Below, piece after piece: positions 1-10,400 of a stretch of DNA of 64,000 bases; the first letter of the stretch is position 1; each line of letters begins with the position of its first letter. The position numbers were made by a program, and so were the translations under genes. The DNA is from Pristiophorus japonicus. Its lineage: Eukaryota. The notes beneath the pieces were generated by a model, which ran no database searches, was not told where the DNA came from, and saw only the letters and a list, made by a program, of their open reading frames with translations. Where the stretch lies: positions 99,076,001 to 99,140,000 of the forward strand of contig NC_091995.1 in NCBI RefSeq assembly GCF_044704955.1. The letters run 5' to 3'.

Positions 1-605
1 TTAAGAAAGCCCGATACAGCCAGCGCCTAGCAGCCAACCTGGCATCGTCGATGACCCTGAGATGCAGAATGCCCACAGCGCCTGGTCTGCCCTGAAGGCT
101 TCCATAATCAGTGCGTGCAAAGAGACGCTCAGTCACTCAACCAGGAAACACTGACTGGTTCAACGAGAACGGCCAGGAGATCCAGGAGCTAATTAGCTGC
201 AAGTGCAAGGCATTTCTGAACTTAAAGCAGCAACCCAACACGAGAGCAAGACAGCAGCTCTACAGACGGCTGAAGGCCGAGGGCCAACAAAAAAACCATG
301 ACCTAAAGAACAGATGGTGGGTGGAGAAAGCAGAGCAGATCCAGTAGTTAGCTGACAACCATGAGGTGCGGGGATTCTTTAGCACAGTCAAGATCACTTA
401 TGGCCCAAGCACCCAAGGCCCCTCCCCACTGCTGGCCAAGAATGCGGAGAAACTCACCAAGGACCAAGAGGCAGTCAAGGCCCGCTGGAAGGAGCATTTC
501 AAGGATCTCCTTAACCGCGACTCTGTCTTCGACGCAAGTGTCCTTGACTCCATCCCACAGCATGCTACCCGCCACCATCTCAGCACAATCCCAGCCCGGC
601 ACGAC
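1..605 (+). mobile_element. RTE-clade LINE ORF fragment (region between endonuclease and RT), decayed
   Basis: Translations DWFNENGQEIQELI...WWVEKAEQIQ and RGFFSTVKITYGP...KARWKEHFKDLLNRDS resemble RTE ORFs; stops and frameshifts present. Confidence 0.75.
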
Positions 606-1047
606 CATTGTGGGCTCACCACAAATCACTAAAAACTATATCCATGGTCATCACTTTACACTGTCCAATCCTGCAGGACCTGCACGGAATGCATCAATGC
701 AAATGTTGCTGCTTGCAACCAGCAAATACCAGCAAAATACTGCGGGATTTCAGCGTGCGCTGTGTTTTGGAAATGCACTTTAAACAACAAACGTATTTTC
801 AAAGTGTTTTGAATCGGATAAAGATAAGAAAAAAACGTGTCTTTTGTTGGTCTCGCCATCTTGCAAAGCCCGTGTGACCCGAGGTCTTGCACACAGTGCA
901 CGTGGTGCTGGAACTTCAGGGACCAGTTGTCCATTGAATGGCCGGCTGCAGATCGTCCTCACATTAAAGGACTGAAACTGGCTGCAATGCAAGCTTTGAG
1001 TTAATAAACATAGAATCAAACCAGGAAGACGTGGTTCGGAGCCACCC

Positions 1048-2072
1048 ATGAGTTGGCAATCAGTAACCAGTGGGGTGTCGCAGGGATCAGTGCTGGGGCC
1101 CCAACTATTTACAATCTATATTAACGACTTGGAAGAAAGGACCGAGTGTAATGTAGCCAAGTTTGCCGACGATACAAAGATGGGAGGAAGGGCAATGTGT
1201 GAGGAGGACACAAAGAGGCTACAGGAGGACATAGACATCTAAGGGGGAAAAAATTTGGCCGATGGAGTATAATGTTGGAAAGTGTGAGGTCATGCACTTT
1301 GGCAGAAAAAAATCAAAGAGCAAGTTATTATTTAAATGGAGAAAGATTGCAAAGTGCTGCAGTACAGCGGGACCTGGGGGTACTTGTGCATGAAACATAA
1401 AAGGATAGTATGCAGCTACAGCAAGTGATCAGGAAGGCCAATGAAATCTTGGCTTTTATTGCAAAGGGGATGGAGTATAAAAGCAGGGAAGTCTTGTTAC
1501 AGCTATATAAGGTATTGGTGAGGCCACACCTGGAATACTGCGTGCAGTTTTGGTTTCCATATTTATGAAAGGATATACTTGCTTTGGAGGCAGTTCAGAG
1601 AAGGTTCACTGGGTTGATTCCGGAGATGAGGAAAGGTTGAGTAGGTTGGGCCTCTAGTCATTGGATTTCAGAAGAATGAGAGAGGATCTTATCGAAATGT
1701 ATAAGATAATGAGGGGGCTTGACAAGGTGGATGTAGAGAGGATGTTTCCACTGATGGGGGAGACTTGAACTAGGGGGCATGATCTTAGAATAAGGGGCCG
1801 CCCATTTAAAACTGAGATGAGGAGAAATTTCTTCTCGCAGAGGGTTGTAAATCTGTGGAATTCGCTGCCTCAGAGAGCTGTGGAAGCTGGGACATTGAAT
1901 AAATTTAAGGCAGAAATAGACAGTTTCTTAAACAAAAGTGGATAAAGGGTTATGGGGAGCGGGTGGGGAAGTGGAGCTGAGTCCATGATCAGATCAGCCA
2001 TGATCTTATTGAATGGCGGAGCAGGCTCGAGGGGCCGTATGGCCCACTCCTGCTCCTATTTCTTATGTTCTT
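1048..2072 (+). mobile_element. CR1 LINE, 5'-truncated (RT C-terminus and 3' UTR)
   Basis: SGVSQGSVLGPQLFTIYINDL...KFADDTK motif; 3' UTR gcaggctcgaggggccg ending in a ttcttatg repeat tail. Confidence 0.92.
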
Positions 2073-2074
2073 AT

Positions 2075-2213
2075 CCCTCCGCTGACTGGACAGTGGGACT
2101 GATCTCGCTTGGAGCTTGCAACGAGGGAGCTCAACTCGGGATCCTGCAGCCTGGGATCCCCCCCCCCCACCCCTAGCCCCCACCAGCTGGGACCCCCCCC
2201 CACCGGCCTGCAG
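2075..2213 (+). other. Possible 5' UTR exon of the TRIM gene (intron 2214-2645)
   Basis: Strong donor CAG|GTGAGT at 2213/2214 and acceptor gttttgttttcag ending at 2645, upstream of the ATG. Exon start is a guess. Confidence 0.4.
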
Positions 2214-2588
2214 GTGAGTGAGATCCAGAGAAACTCCCGGCGCTGCCCTGTGGGGAGGGTGACTGTGCAAGTGTTGGTATTTGTGGCTGGGAAGGGAAGG
2301 GTGTGGGGTGAGGGGTGTGACCCCCACACCGGGGGGGAAGGGTCTGGACCTTGGACCCTGGGCCCAATGCTGGCCGCTCGGACCCTGGCTTCTTGTCCCA
2401 GCCTGTGGTCGGTGAGGGGCTTGAGTTGAACAATATCTGGCTTGTTGTGTCGATGGTGGTGGGTCACCTGCCCCAGAAGCTGCCCCAGAAGCTGGCCTGT
2501 CTTCCTGACATGTCTCAGCTCCATAGCTCAGTGCTGGAACGGGTGGTGTGCAGTGTCCACCAATGCCCTCCCCGCTCCCAATCCGCGC

Positions 2589-2600
2589 ACTTTCACTTTC
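2589..2600 (-). promoter_or_regulatory. IRF-E/ISRE-like element GAAAGTGAAAGT
   Basis: actttcactttc on + matches the IRF1/2 consensus on -. It lies 135 bp upstream of the TRIM ATG, with CCAAT motifs at about 2560 and 2578. Confidence 0.55.
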
Positions 2601-2734
2601 CATTCAGTAACTTTTCGCGAACTCCAGTTTAGGTTTTGTTTTCAGCACGTGTCAAGCCCTGCGACCAATCGCCTGCCAACAAGTGTGGGAGCGGAGCGGG
2701 CTCCTGGGCTTGTATTGTGCTGTGGCTGTGCACC

Positions 2735-4660
2735 ATGGCCACCTCGTCCAGCATCGCAGATAAAATCCAAAATGACTTTCTCAATTGCAAAGTGTGCCTG
2801 CAAATGTTCAAGCAGCCCAAGATGCTACCTTGCCTGCACACTTACTGCCAGGGCTGCCTGGAGAAGCTGAGCAGGAGGAACCGCAGGATCCAGTGCCCCG
2901 AATGCAGGGTGGAGGTAGACCTGAGTGCTGGCCTCGACAAACTGCAGACCAACTTCCACATCAACAGTCTCCTGGACATCTTCCAGAGCCAGGCGGCAGC
3001 CTGCGCCCTGTGCCCGCCCAGGGGGGCACGGGGGGCGGTGGCAGAATGCAGAGGATGCTCGCTGTACCTGTGCCAGTCCTGTAAGGACCACCACCGGGCC
3101 AGCCACCCGAGCCACAGGGTGTGGGATCTGGCCGGCCCGGGCCCGGGACCCTGCGATGCCGAGCTGAGGATGGAGAAGGAGACTCAGTGCCGCCTGCACC
3201 CCTGGAGCCAGGCGGACTATTACTGCAACCGCTGCAATTGTGCGATCTGCTCCGACTGCTGCCGGCAATGCTGCCACAACCATAAAACGGTTGCGATAAA
3301 GGTGGCCGCGGAGAGCAGGAGGGCCGCGGTGAAGGAGCTGGCCGCGAAGCTGGAGGGCCAGCTGCAGGCCGCCGCCCTGCAGGAAGATGGGCTGAATGGC
3401 GCGCTGGAGCGAGTGAAAGCGACTGAACGCTCGGTCAGGTCCAGCGTGGAGAGTGCTCTGACCGAAGTCATAACCCAGCTCTTTAAACAAGGCGATGCCA
3501 TCAAGCAGAAGCTGTCCGATTATGTCAAGGAGCAGGAAGAGTTGCACCAAACTGCGGTGTCTGACCTCCGGCTGCAGACGGGAAAGGCGAGGGGTACCAG
3601 GGAATTGTGTGACAGGGTCTTGTCGGCCGGGAAGGCCAGGGAAACGGTGTGTTTGCAGAACATTGTCCAGGATCAGATTGATGCATTGCAGGCAGTGAAC
3701 ATCCCAGCCCTGAACACAGCCAGTCCCAACCTAGCCGTCAACAAGTCAGTACAGGACCTGATGTCAAAGAACAACCTCTTTAGCCTCAGCTTTGGTGGGA
3801 CAGGCGCCCCTCAATCGCAGCCCTACCAGCCTCCGGCAACTCTTCCTCCATACTGTGCAAGCGGCCAGCCCAGGCACCTGCGTTCCTTTAACACAGCGCT
3901 CTCAGATGACGAATATGACCCAAAATTGACCGGTATCAGCACCTCCAACTCTGGAGATATCATCATTGTCGACGAAGAAAACTCCATCCTAAAATGCTAC
4001 CGAAACAACGGGCACCTCAAGAGGACCATCTCCCTGCCGGATGAGGACGATCCCTGCAGTGTGGCTGTCTGTGACAATACCATCGCCTGCTCTGCCAACA
4101 ACAAGCTGTACCTGCTAGACATGGACGGCACGCTGCTCAAACAGCTTTTCCTGCGAGGCTCCGAGACCAATTACCCCATTGCAGCTTACAAAGATCAGTA
4201 TGTGGCTGTCAGCGAAGGGACTTTATGTTCTATCTCTCTCTATGATGTAGATGGCCGTGTGGTGGATAGGGTCAAACCACACGGCTACGAGGGCAACAGA
4301 TTTTTCTTCATTGCAGTCAACAGTAATGAAGAATTCATCGTGTCTGATTATGGGAATAAGAGTATTCTCATCCTGAACCGCAGTGGGCAAGTGCTGAGTG
4401 TGTGTGCTGAGATCTGTGAGCACGGCCTGCACACATCCCTCAACCCTTACAGCGTCTGTGTGGATAGAAAGGACAATATCTATGTGACTGAGCCCGGCCG
4501 GATCCTCCTGTTTTCACCCAATGGAACATTTCAGGAGGAATTGTTGAGCACAGAGGATGGGCTACACAAGCCGCGAGTCATTGCTGTCAATCGAAAGAAC
4601 CACCTCCTTGTAACCCAGGGCGATGGCACTGTGTGTGTCTACAAGTTGGCCCTGTACTAA
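2735..4660 (+). CDS. TRIM56: TRIM56-like E3 ubiquitin ligase (RING, B-box1, B-box2, coiled coil, NHL-type beta-propeller), 641 aa, single coding exon
   Basis: Kozak caccATGg at 2735. N-terminus DFLNCKVC...PKMLPCLHTYCQGCL...CPECR...TNFHINSLLD closely follows recalled TRIM56. B-boxes CALC..CRGC..LCQSC..HH and CRLH..YCNRC..IC..C..HNH. C-terminal NHL-like repeats (GDIIIVD, EFIVSDYGN, NIYVTE). AATAAA at about 4837, 5313 and 5776. Symbol is a best family match, not proven orthology. Confidence 0.85.
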   Translation: MATSSSIADKIQNDFLNCKVCLQMFKQPKMLPCLHTYCQGCLEKLSRRNRRIQCPECRVEVDLSAGLDKLQTNFHINSLLDIFQSQAAACALCPPRGARGAVAECRGCSLYLCQSCKDHHRASHPSHRVWDLAGPGPGPCDAELRMEKETQCRLHPWSQADYYCNRCNCAICSDCCRQCCHNHKTVAIKVAAESRRAAVKELAAKLEGQLQAAALQEDGLNGALERVKATERSVRSSVESALTEVITQLFKQGDAIKQKLSDYVKEQEELHQTAVSDLRLQTGKARGTRELCDRVLSAGKARETVCLQNIVQDQIDALQAVNIPALNTASPNLAVNKSVQDLMSKNNLFSLSFGGTGAPQSQPYQPPATLPPYCASGQPRHLRSFNTALSDDEYDPKLTGISTSNSGDIIIVDEENSILKCYRNNGHLKRTISLPDEDDPCSVAVCDNTIACSANNKLYLLDMDGTLLKQLFLRGSETNYPIAAYKDQYVAVSEGTLCSISLYDVDGRVVDRVKPHGYEGNRFFFIAVNSNEEFIVSDYGNKSILILNRSGQVLSVCAEICEHGLHTSLNPYSVCVDRKDNIYVTEPGRILLFSPNGTFQEELLSTEDGLHKPRVIAVNRKNHLLVTQGDGTVCVYKLALY

Positions 4661-5895
4661 CATCACGGCTCCCGGGGCAGAATTCAGGGTCAACATAGCA
4701 CCATCTTATCCACATGATGACAATCTACATCAACCAGGCTGTCTGGCGAAGTGTGTGAGATATCCACTCCTGAAATCTGGGACCTGGCTTTCAATCCAGC
4801 TCCAAACGATGGGCTGAAGGGCTCAGTTTGTCCCGAAATAAACGCACTGTGTAAAATAAGTTTGAGAAATCTCCAATAAGTTGGTAACAGATGTGGCCCA
4901 ACATCACAAAACCAGCACTGAATTTCTGATGGATTGGCAGCAGACAGCAGGCGTGGGAATGGAATATTTCACTGTTCCGCCAGCAATTGGGGCCTGAGGC
5001 GGAGGACAGCTAGACCCACCATTAAATGTGCTCTGGGCTGCCCCAAACCATTCCATTCTCTCAATGTTTGAGACATTCCTACACTTGAATCTGTTTGTAC
5101 CTTGCCTGGTGATTGATTTAAAGCCAGTTGAGTGTTTGATGGCAGAGGTTAACCAAGTCTTCATCTCCCACCCCATGGCATGATTATATTGGCCAATGGG
5201 ATTGCTACAAAGGGTCAGTAACCTATAGAAAGCCATTTGATTGCAATTGTCCAATTGGATTCCAAGGGACCAACCCGATCAATTGGAATGATCCACATGA
5301 TTAAGATTGGTGAATAAATGTGCGAAATAGATACAAGCTTTTTAATATAGATTATTTAGGGTGTAGGAAATGCATTGATTATTACTTCAAATCTTTAGCA
5401 TTTTAACTTAAAACAAATATTTCTTCAGTGAGGTAGCGAGTGAGGAGCTCCAAAGACCGGCTCATGGGCTTTCCCCCTCAACTCCCGCCACAACTTCAAC
5501 AGACCAGCGGAACCCAGGGAGAAACGGCCTCAGTCAGAGTGGGAGATTGGGAGAAGTCCAGGGAAATTCTCCCGCACTATCCGACTCTATCATTGGACTC
5601 TGACCAAAGCATGTGACCAATTCCAGCTCTTGGTGAATCTGGGTTTGGCTCTCCTGAGCCTTGTAACGGTGCTGATTATACAACGTGCTGAAAATATCAT
5701 TGACATATCGGCTGAATAATGACCAAATATTCCATTGTACTCAATCTATTTCCTTCTGCCTTGATTGTAAAATATAATAAAGGTGTTTACCATTCCGCAG
5801 TGGCTCAGTGAGTTTATGCAGGGAGCTCTGAGAGTCGGCCGGGCCCCCCCTGATCTGCCCCAGTTGGCCCAGGCATCTTTATGTAGGAAAAGAAA

Positions 5896-7050
5896 AAACC
5901 TGCATTTCTATAGCGCCTTTCACGACCACCGGACGTCCCAAAGCACTTTACAGCCAATAAAGTACTTTGGGAGTGTAGCCACTGTTGTAATGTGGGAAAT
6001 GTGACAGCCAATTTGTGCACAGCAAGCTCCCACACACAGCAATGTGATAATGACCAGATAATCTTTTTTTTGTTATGTTGATTGAGGGATAAATATTGTC
6101 CCCCAGGGTACCGGGGATAATTCCCCATGTCTTCTTCAAAATAGTGCCGTGGGATCTTTTACATCCACTTGAGAGCACAGACGGGGCCTCAGTTTAATGT
6201 CTCATCCAAAAGACGGCACCTCCAACAGTGCAGCGCTCCCTCAGTACTGCCCCTCCAACAGTGCAGCACTCACTCCCTCAGTACTGCCCCTCCAACAGTG
6301 CAGCACTCCTTCAGTACTGCCCCTCCGACAGTGCAGTGCTCCCTCTGTACTGCCCCTATGACTGTGCAGCGCTCCCTCAGCACTGTGCCTCCAACAGTGC
6401 AGTGCTCCCTCAGTACGGTCCCTCCGATAGTGCAGTGCTCCCTCAGTACTGCTCCTCAGACAGTGTAGTGCTCCCTCAGTACTGCTCCTCCAACAGTGCA
6501 GCACTCCCTCAGTACTGCTCCTCCAACAGTGCGGCACTCCCTCAGTACTGCTGCTCCAACAGTGCGACACTCCCTCAGTACTGCCCCTCCAACAATGTGG
6601 TGCTCCCTCAGTACTGCCCCTCCGACAGTGCGGCGCTCCCTCAGTACTGCCCCTCCGACAGTGCAGCGCTCCCTCAGTACTGCCCCTCCGACAGTGCAGC
6701 GCTCCCTCAGTACTGCCCCTCCGACAGTGCGGCACTCCCTCAGTAATGCCCCTCCGATAGTGCGGCACGCCCTCAGTACTGCCCCTCCGACAGTGCGGCG
6801 CTCCCTCAGTACTGCCCCTCTGACAGTGCAGCACTCTCTCAGTACTGCCCCTCCGACAGTGCGGCGCTCCCTCAGTACTGCCCCTCCGACAGTGCAGCAC
6901 TCCCCCAGTACTGCCCCTCCGACAGTGCGGCGCTCCCTCAGTAATACACTGGAGTGTCAGCCTAGGTTTTTTGTGCTGGAGTGGGGCTTGAACCCACAAC
7001 CTCCTGACTCAGAGGTGAGAGAGCTGCCCACTGAGGCCCGGCTGACACTG
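5896..7050 (-). mobile_element. Deu-domain tRNA-headed SINE (SacSINE1/AmnSINE1-like) with internal 33-bp tandem expansion
   Basis: On -: tRNA-like head (ggttgtgggttcaagccccactcca), Deu core (ggaggtgccgtcttttggatgagac...aagatccca) and tail (gaaaggcgctatagaaatgca). Confidence 0.8.
6220..6945. repeat. 33-bp minisatellite (ctccctcagtactgcccctccgacagtgcggca), about 22 copies, inside the SINE
   Basis: Visible tandem units; 11-aa periodic ORFs. Confidence 0.95.
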
Positions 7051-7139
7051 ACACAAGGAGCACGAGTGGCCATGGTCTTCAGTCTTGTTTGCGATCCAGC
7101 AACCACCAGCCGCTGGGCCTCCAACAAAGGGAGAGAGAA

Positions 7140-7575
7140 AAGGCAACAATTCATGGACTGGGCCTGTATTCCCTCGAGTATCGAAGATTAAGGGGCAACC
7201 TAATCGAGGTGTTTAAGATGATAAAGGAGTTGATGGGGTCGATCGAGAGAAACTATTCCCTCAGGTCGGGGAGTCTAGAACAAGGGGGTGTCACCTTAAC
7301 ATTGGAGCCCGGCTGTTCAAGGTGATGTCAGGAAACACATCTTCACACAAAGGGTGCTGGGAATCGGGAACTCTCTCCCTAAAGGCTGCTAGGAGAGAGA
7401 GGGGAGGGGGCAGCAATTGAAAAAATCAACACTGAATGATAGACTATCTGGGTAAGGGGATTGAGGTTTACGGAACCAAGGCGGGTAAATGGAGTAAAGA
7501 TACAGATCAGCCAGGATCCAGTTGAATGGTGGAACAGGCTCGAGGGGCTGAATGGCCTCCTCTTGGTCTGTGTTC
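7140..7575 (+). mobile_element. CR1 LINE 3' fragment, diverged
   Basis: LGLYSLEYRRLRGNLIEVFKMI motif and CR1 3' UTR. Confidence 0.85.
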
Positions 7576-7869
7576 TGCGAAAAACCCTGAGTTTTGGGAC
7601 TCTGCTATACGTTTGTTTAAAGTTCAATGTGTGGTGGGCACGGTAACATTCACTGATTTTTTTTGCTTACAGTCCATGATCAGAAACTGATCTCAATGGC
7701 GCACGACCATTCAGTACACAGTGTGGAGGGCTCTGTGTCAACACCAGGGACTGTCCCAGTGATCACTGCAAGTGCAACGGAGAAAGCGTTTAGCATCTCC
7801 CGCATCCTCGGCCCTGAACACCCATCGCTTTTCACTCAGTATGCCCAGCCACAAAATCAACCCGCCAAA

Positions 7870-8023
7870 TACTTTAAAAACAGATGTTTATTGCAGTCAA
7901 TTAAATAAATCACCGTCTGAAACGGAGCGATTAACCAGAGAGACAGCGATGGCAGCGATGGGCGTGGAGCGTTCCGGGTGATGGGGGTCCGGAGTATTCA
8001 TCTGGACCGCTCCGCAATTCTCC
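7870..8023 (-). other. Parvalbumin 3' UTR with polyadenylation signal
   Basis: tttatt at about 7887-7892 (AATAAA on -), about 130 nt after the stop codon. Confidence 0.65.
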
Positions 8024-8049
8024 TTATGGCGATAACACACCCTGGAATT
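8024..8049 (-). CDS. Parvalbumin/oncomodulin-like, coding exon 4 of 4: (E)FQGVLSP*
   Basis: Acceptor ttacattgcag|AATTCCAG; 26 nt, phase compatible with the previous exon; TAA at 8026-8024. Confidence 0.88.
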
Positions 8050-8244
8050 CTGCAATGTAAAGACAGCAGTTTTTACTTTTTTGTAAGTTATTTTCTGTCC
8101 TCTTCCCCCTCCCCAGTGCGGGCAGCCCCCAGGCCGAAAGCAAGGAGAGAGGCACCCACTGTCTGCAGGAGACATCCGGGGGTGGTCCAACCGGCAATGC
8201 TCCCTCCAATTTATCCCCATCCCAGGAAGACATGCCGTCTCCCG

Positions 8245-10400
8245 ACTGAGAGTCAGTGTGTGTGGGACCCGTACCCCACTGAGAGTCAGTGTGTGTGGGA
8301 CCCATACCCCAGTGAGAGTCAGTGTGTGTGGGACCCGTACCCCAGTGAGAGTCAGTGTGTGTGGGACTGTACCCCAGTGAGAGTCAGTGTGTGTGGGACT
8401 GTACCTCAGTGAGAGTCAGTGTGTGTGGGACCCATATCCCAGTGAGAGTCAGTGTGTGTGGGACCCGTAGCCCAGTGAGAGTCAGTGTGTGTGGGACTGT
8501 ACCCCAGTGAGAGTCAGTGTGTGTGGGACTGTACCTCAGTGAGAGTCAGTGTGTGTGGGACCCATATCCCAGTGAGAGTCAGTGTGTGTGGGACCCGTAC
8601 CCCAGTGAGAGTCAATGTGTGTGGGACCTGTACCCCAGTGAGAGTCAGTGTGTGTGGGACCTGTACCCCAGTGAGAGTCAGTGTGTGTGTGGGACTGTAC
8701 CCCAGTGAGAGTCAGTGTGTGTGGGACCTGTACCCCAGTGAGAGTCAATGTGTGTGTGGGACCCATACCCCAGTGAGAGTCAGTGTGTGTGGGACCTGTA
8801 CCCCAGTGAGAGTCAGTGTGTGTGTGGGACCCGTACCCCAGTGAGAGTCAGTGTGTGTGGGACCTGTACCCCAGTGAGAGTCAGTGTGTGTGGGACTGTA
8901 CCCCAGTGAGAGTCAGTATGTGTGAGACCCGTAGCCCAGTGAGAGTCAGTGTGTGTGGGACCCGTACCCCAGTGAGAGTCAGTGTGTGTGGGACTGTACC
9001 CCAGTGAGAGTCAGTGTGTGTGGGACTGTACCCCAGTGGGAGTCAGTGTGTGTGGTGGTACTGTACCCCAGTGAGAGTCAGTGTGTGTGGGACTGTACCC
9101 CAGTGAGAGTCAGTGTGTGCGGGACCCGTACCCCAGTGAGAGTCAGTGTGTGTGGGACTGTACCCCAGTGGGAGTCAGTGTGTGTGGGACTGTACCCCAG
9201 TGAGAGTCAGTGTGTGTGGGACTGTACCCCAGTGAGAGTCGGTGTGTGTGGGACTGTACCCCAGTGAGAGTCAGTGTGTGTGGGACTGTACCCCAGTGAG
9301 AGTCAGTGTGTGTGGGACCTGTACCCCAGTGAGAGTCAGTGTGTGTGTGGGACTGTACCCCAGTGAGAGTCAGTGTGTGTGGGACCTGTACCCCAGTGAG
9401 AGTCAATGTGTGTGTGGGACCCATACCCCAGTGAGAGTCAGTGTGTGTGGGACCTGTACCCCAGTGAGAGTCAGTGTGTGTGTGGGACCCGTACCCCAGT
9501 GAGAGTCAGTGTGTGTGGGACCTGTACCCCAGTGAGAGTCAGTGTGTGTGGGACCCGTACCCCAGTGAGAGTCAGTGTGTGTGTGGGACCCGTACCCCAG
9601 TGAGAGTCAGTGTGTGTGGGACCTGTACCCCAGTGAGAGTCAGTGTGTGTGGGACTGTACCCCAGTGAGAGTCAGTATGTGTGAGACCCGTAGCCCAGTG
9701 AGAGTCAGTGTGTGTGGGACCCGTACCCCAGTGAGAGTCAGTGTGTGTGGGACTGTACCCCAGTGGGAGTCAGTGTGTGTGGTGGTACTGTACCCCAGTG
9801 GGAGTCAGTGTGTGTGGTGGTACTGTACCCCAGTGAGAGTCAGTGTGTACGGGACCCATACCCCAGTGAGAGTCAGTGTGTGTGGGACTGTACCCCAGTG
9901 GGAGTCAGTGTGTGTGGGACTGTACCCCAGTGAGAGTCAGTGTGTGTGGGACTGTACCCCAGTGAGAGTCGGTGTGTGTGGGACTGTACCCCAGTGAGAG
10001 TCAGTGTGTGTGGGACTGTACCCCAGTGAGAGTCAGTGTGTGTGGGACTGTACTCCAGTGAGAGTCAGTGTGAGTGGGACCCATACCCCAGTGAAAGTCA
10101 GTGTGTGTGGGACCCGTACCCCAGTGAGAGTCGGTGTGTGTGGGACTGTACCCCAGTGAGAGTCAGTGTGTGTGGGACTGTACCCCAGTGAGAGTCAGTG
10201 TGTGTGGGACCCATACCCCATTGAGAGTCAGTTTGTGTGGGACTGTACCCCAGTGAGAATCACTGTATGTGGGACTGTACCCCAGTGAGAGTCGGTGTGT
10301 GTGGGACTGTACCCCAGTGAGAGTCAGTGTGTGTGGGACCCGTACCCCAGTGAGAGTCAGTTTGTGTGGGACCAGTACCCCAGTGAGTGTCAGTGTCTGA
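8245..10400. repeat. 32-35 bp minisatellite (ccccagtgagagtcagtgtgtgtgggactgta) in the last parvalbumin intron
   Basis: About 65 tandem units with a variable (gt)n core. Confidence 0.95.

Noticed and set aside
850-870. YY1-like CGCCATCTT motif or start of a minus-strand gene
   Set aside because: Isolated motif between LINE fragments with no supporting exon structure.
2636-2734. N-terminal extension of the TRIM ORF in the track (674 aa)
   Set aside because: Starts at a non-ATG codon overlapping a pyrimidine tract; the Kozak ATG at 2735 fits family homology.
5465-5570. NF-kB-like sites (TGGGCTTTCC, GGGAAATTCT) downstream of the TRIM gene
   Set aside because: Each has a mismatch to consensus; expected by chance.
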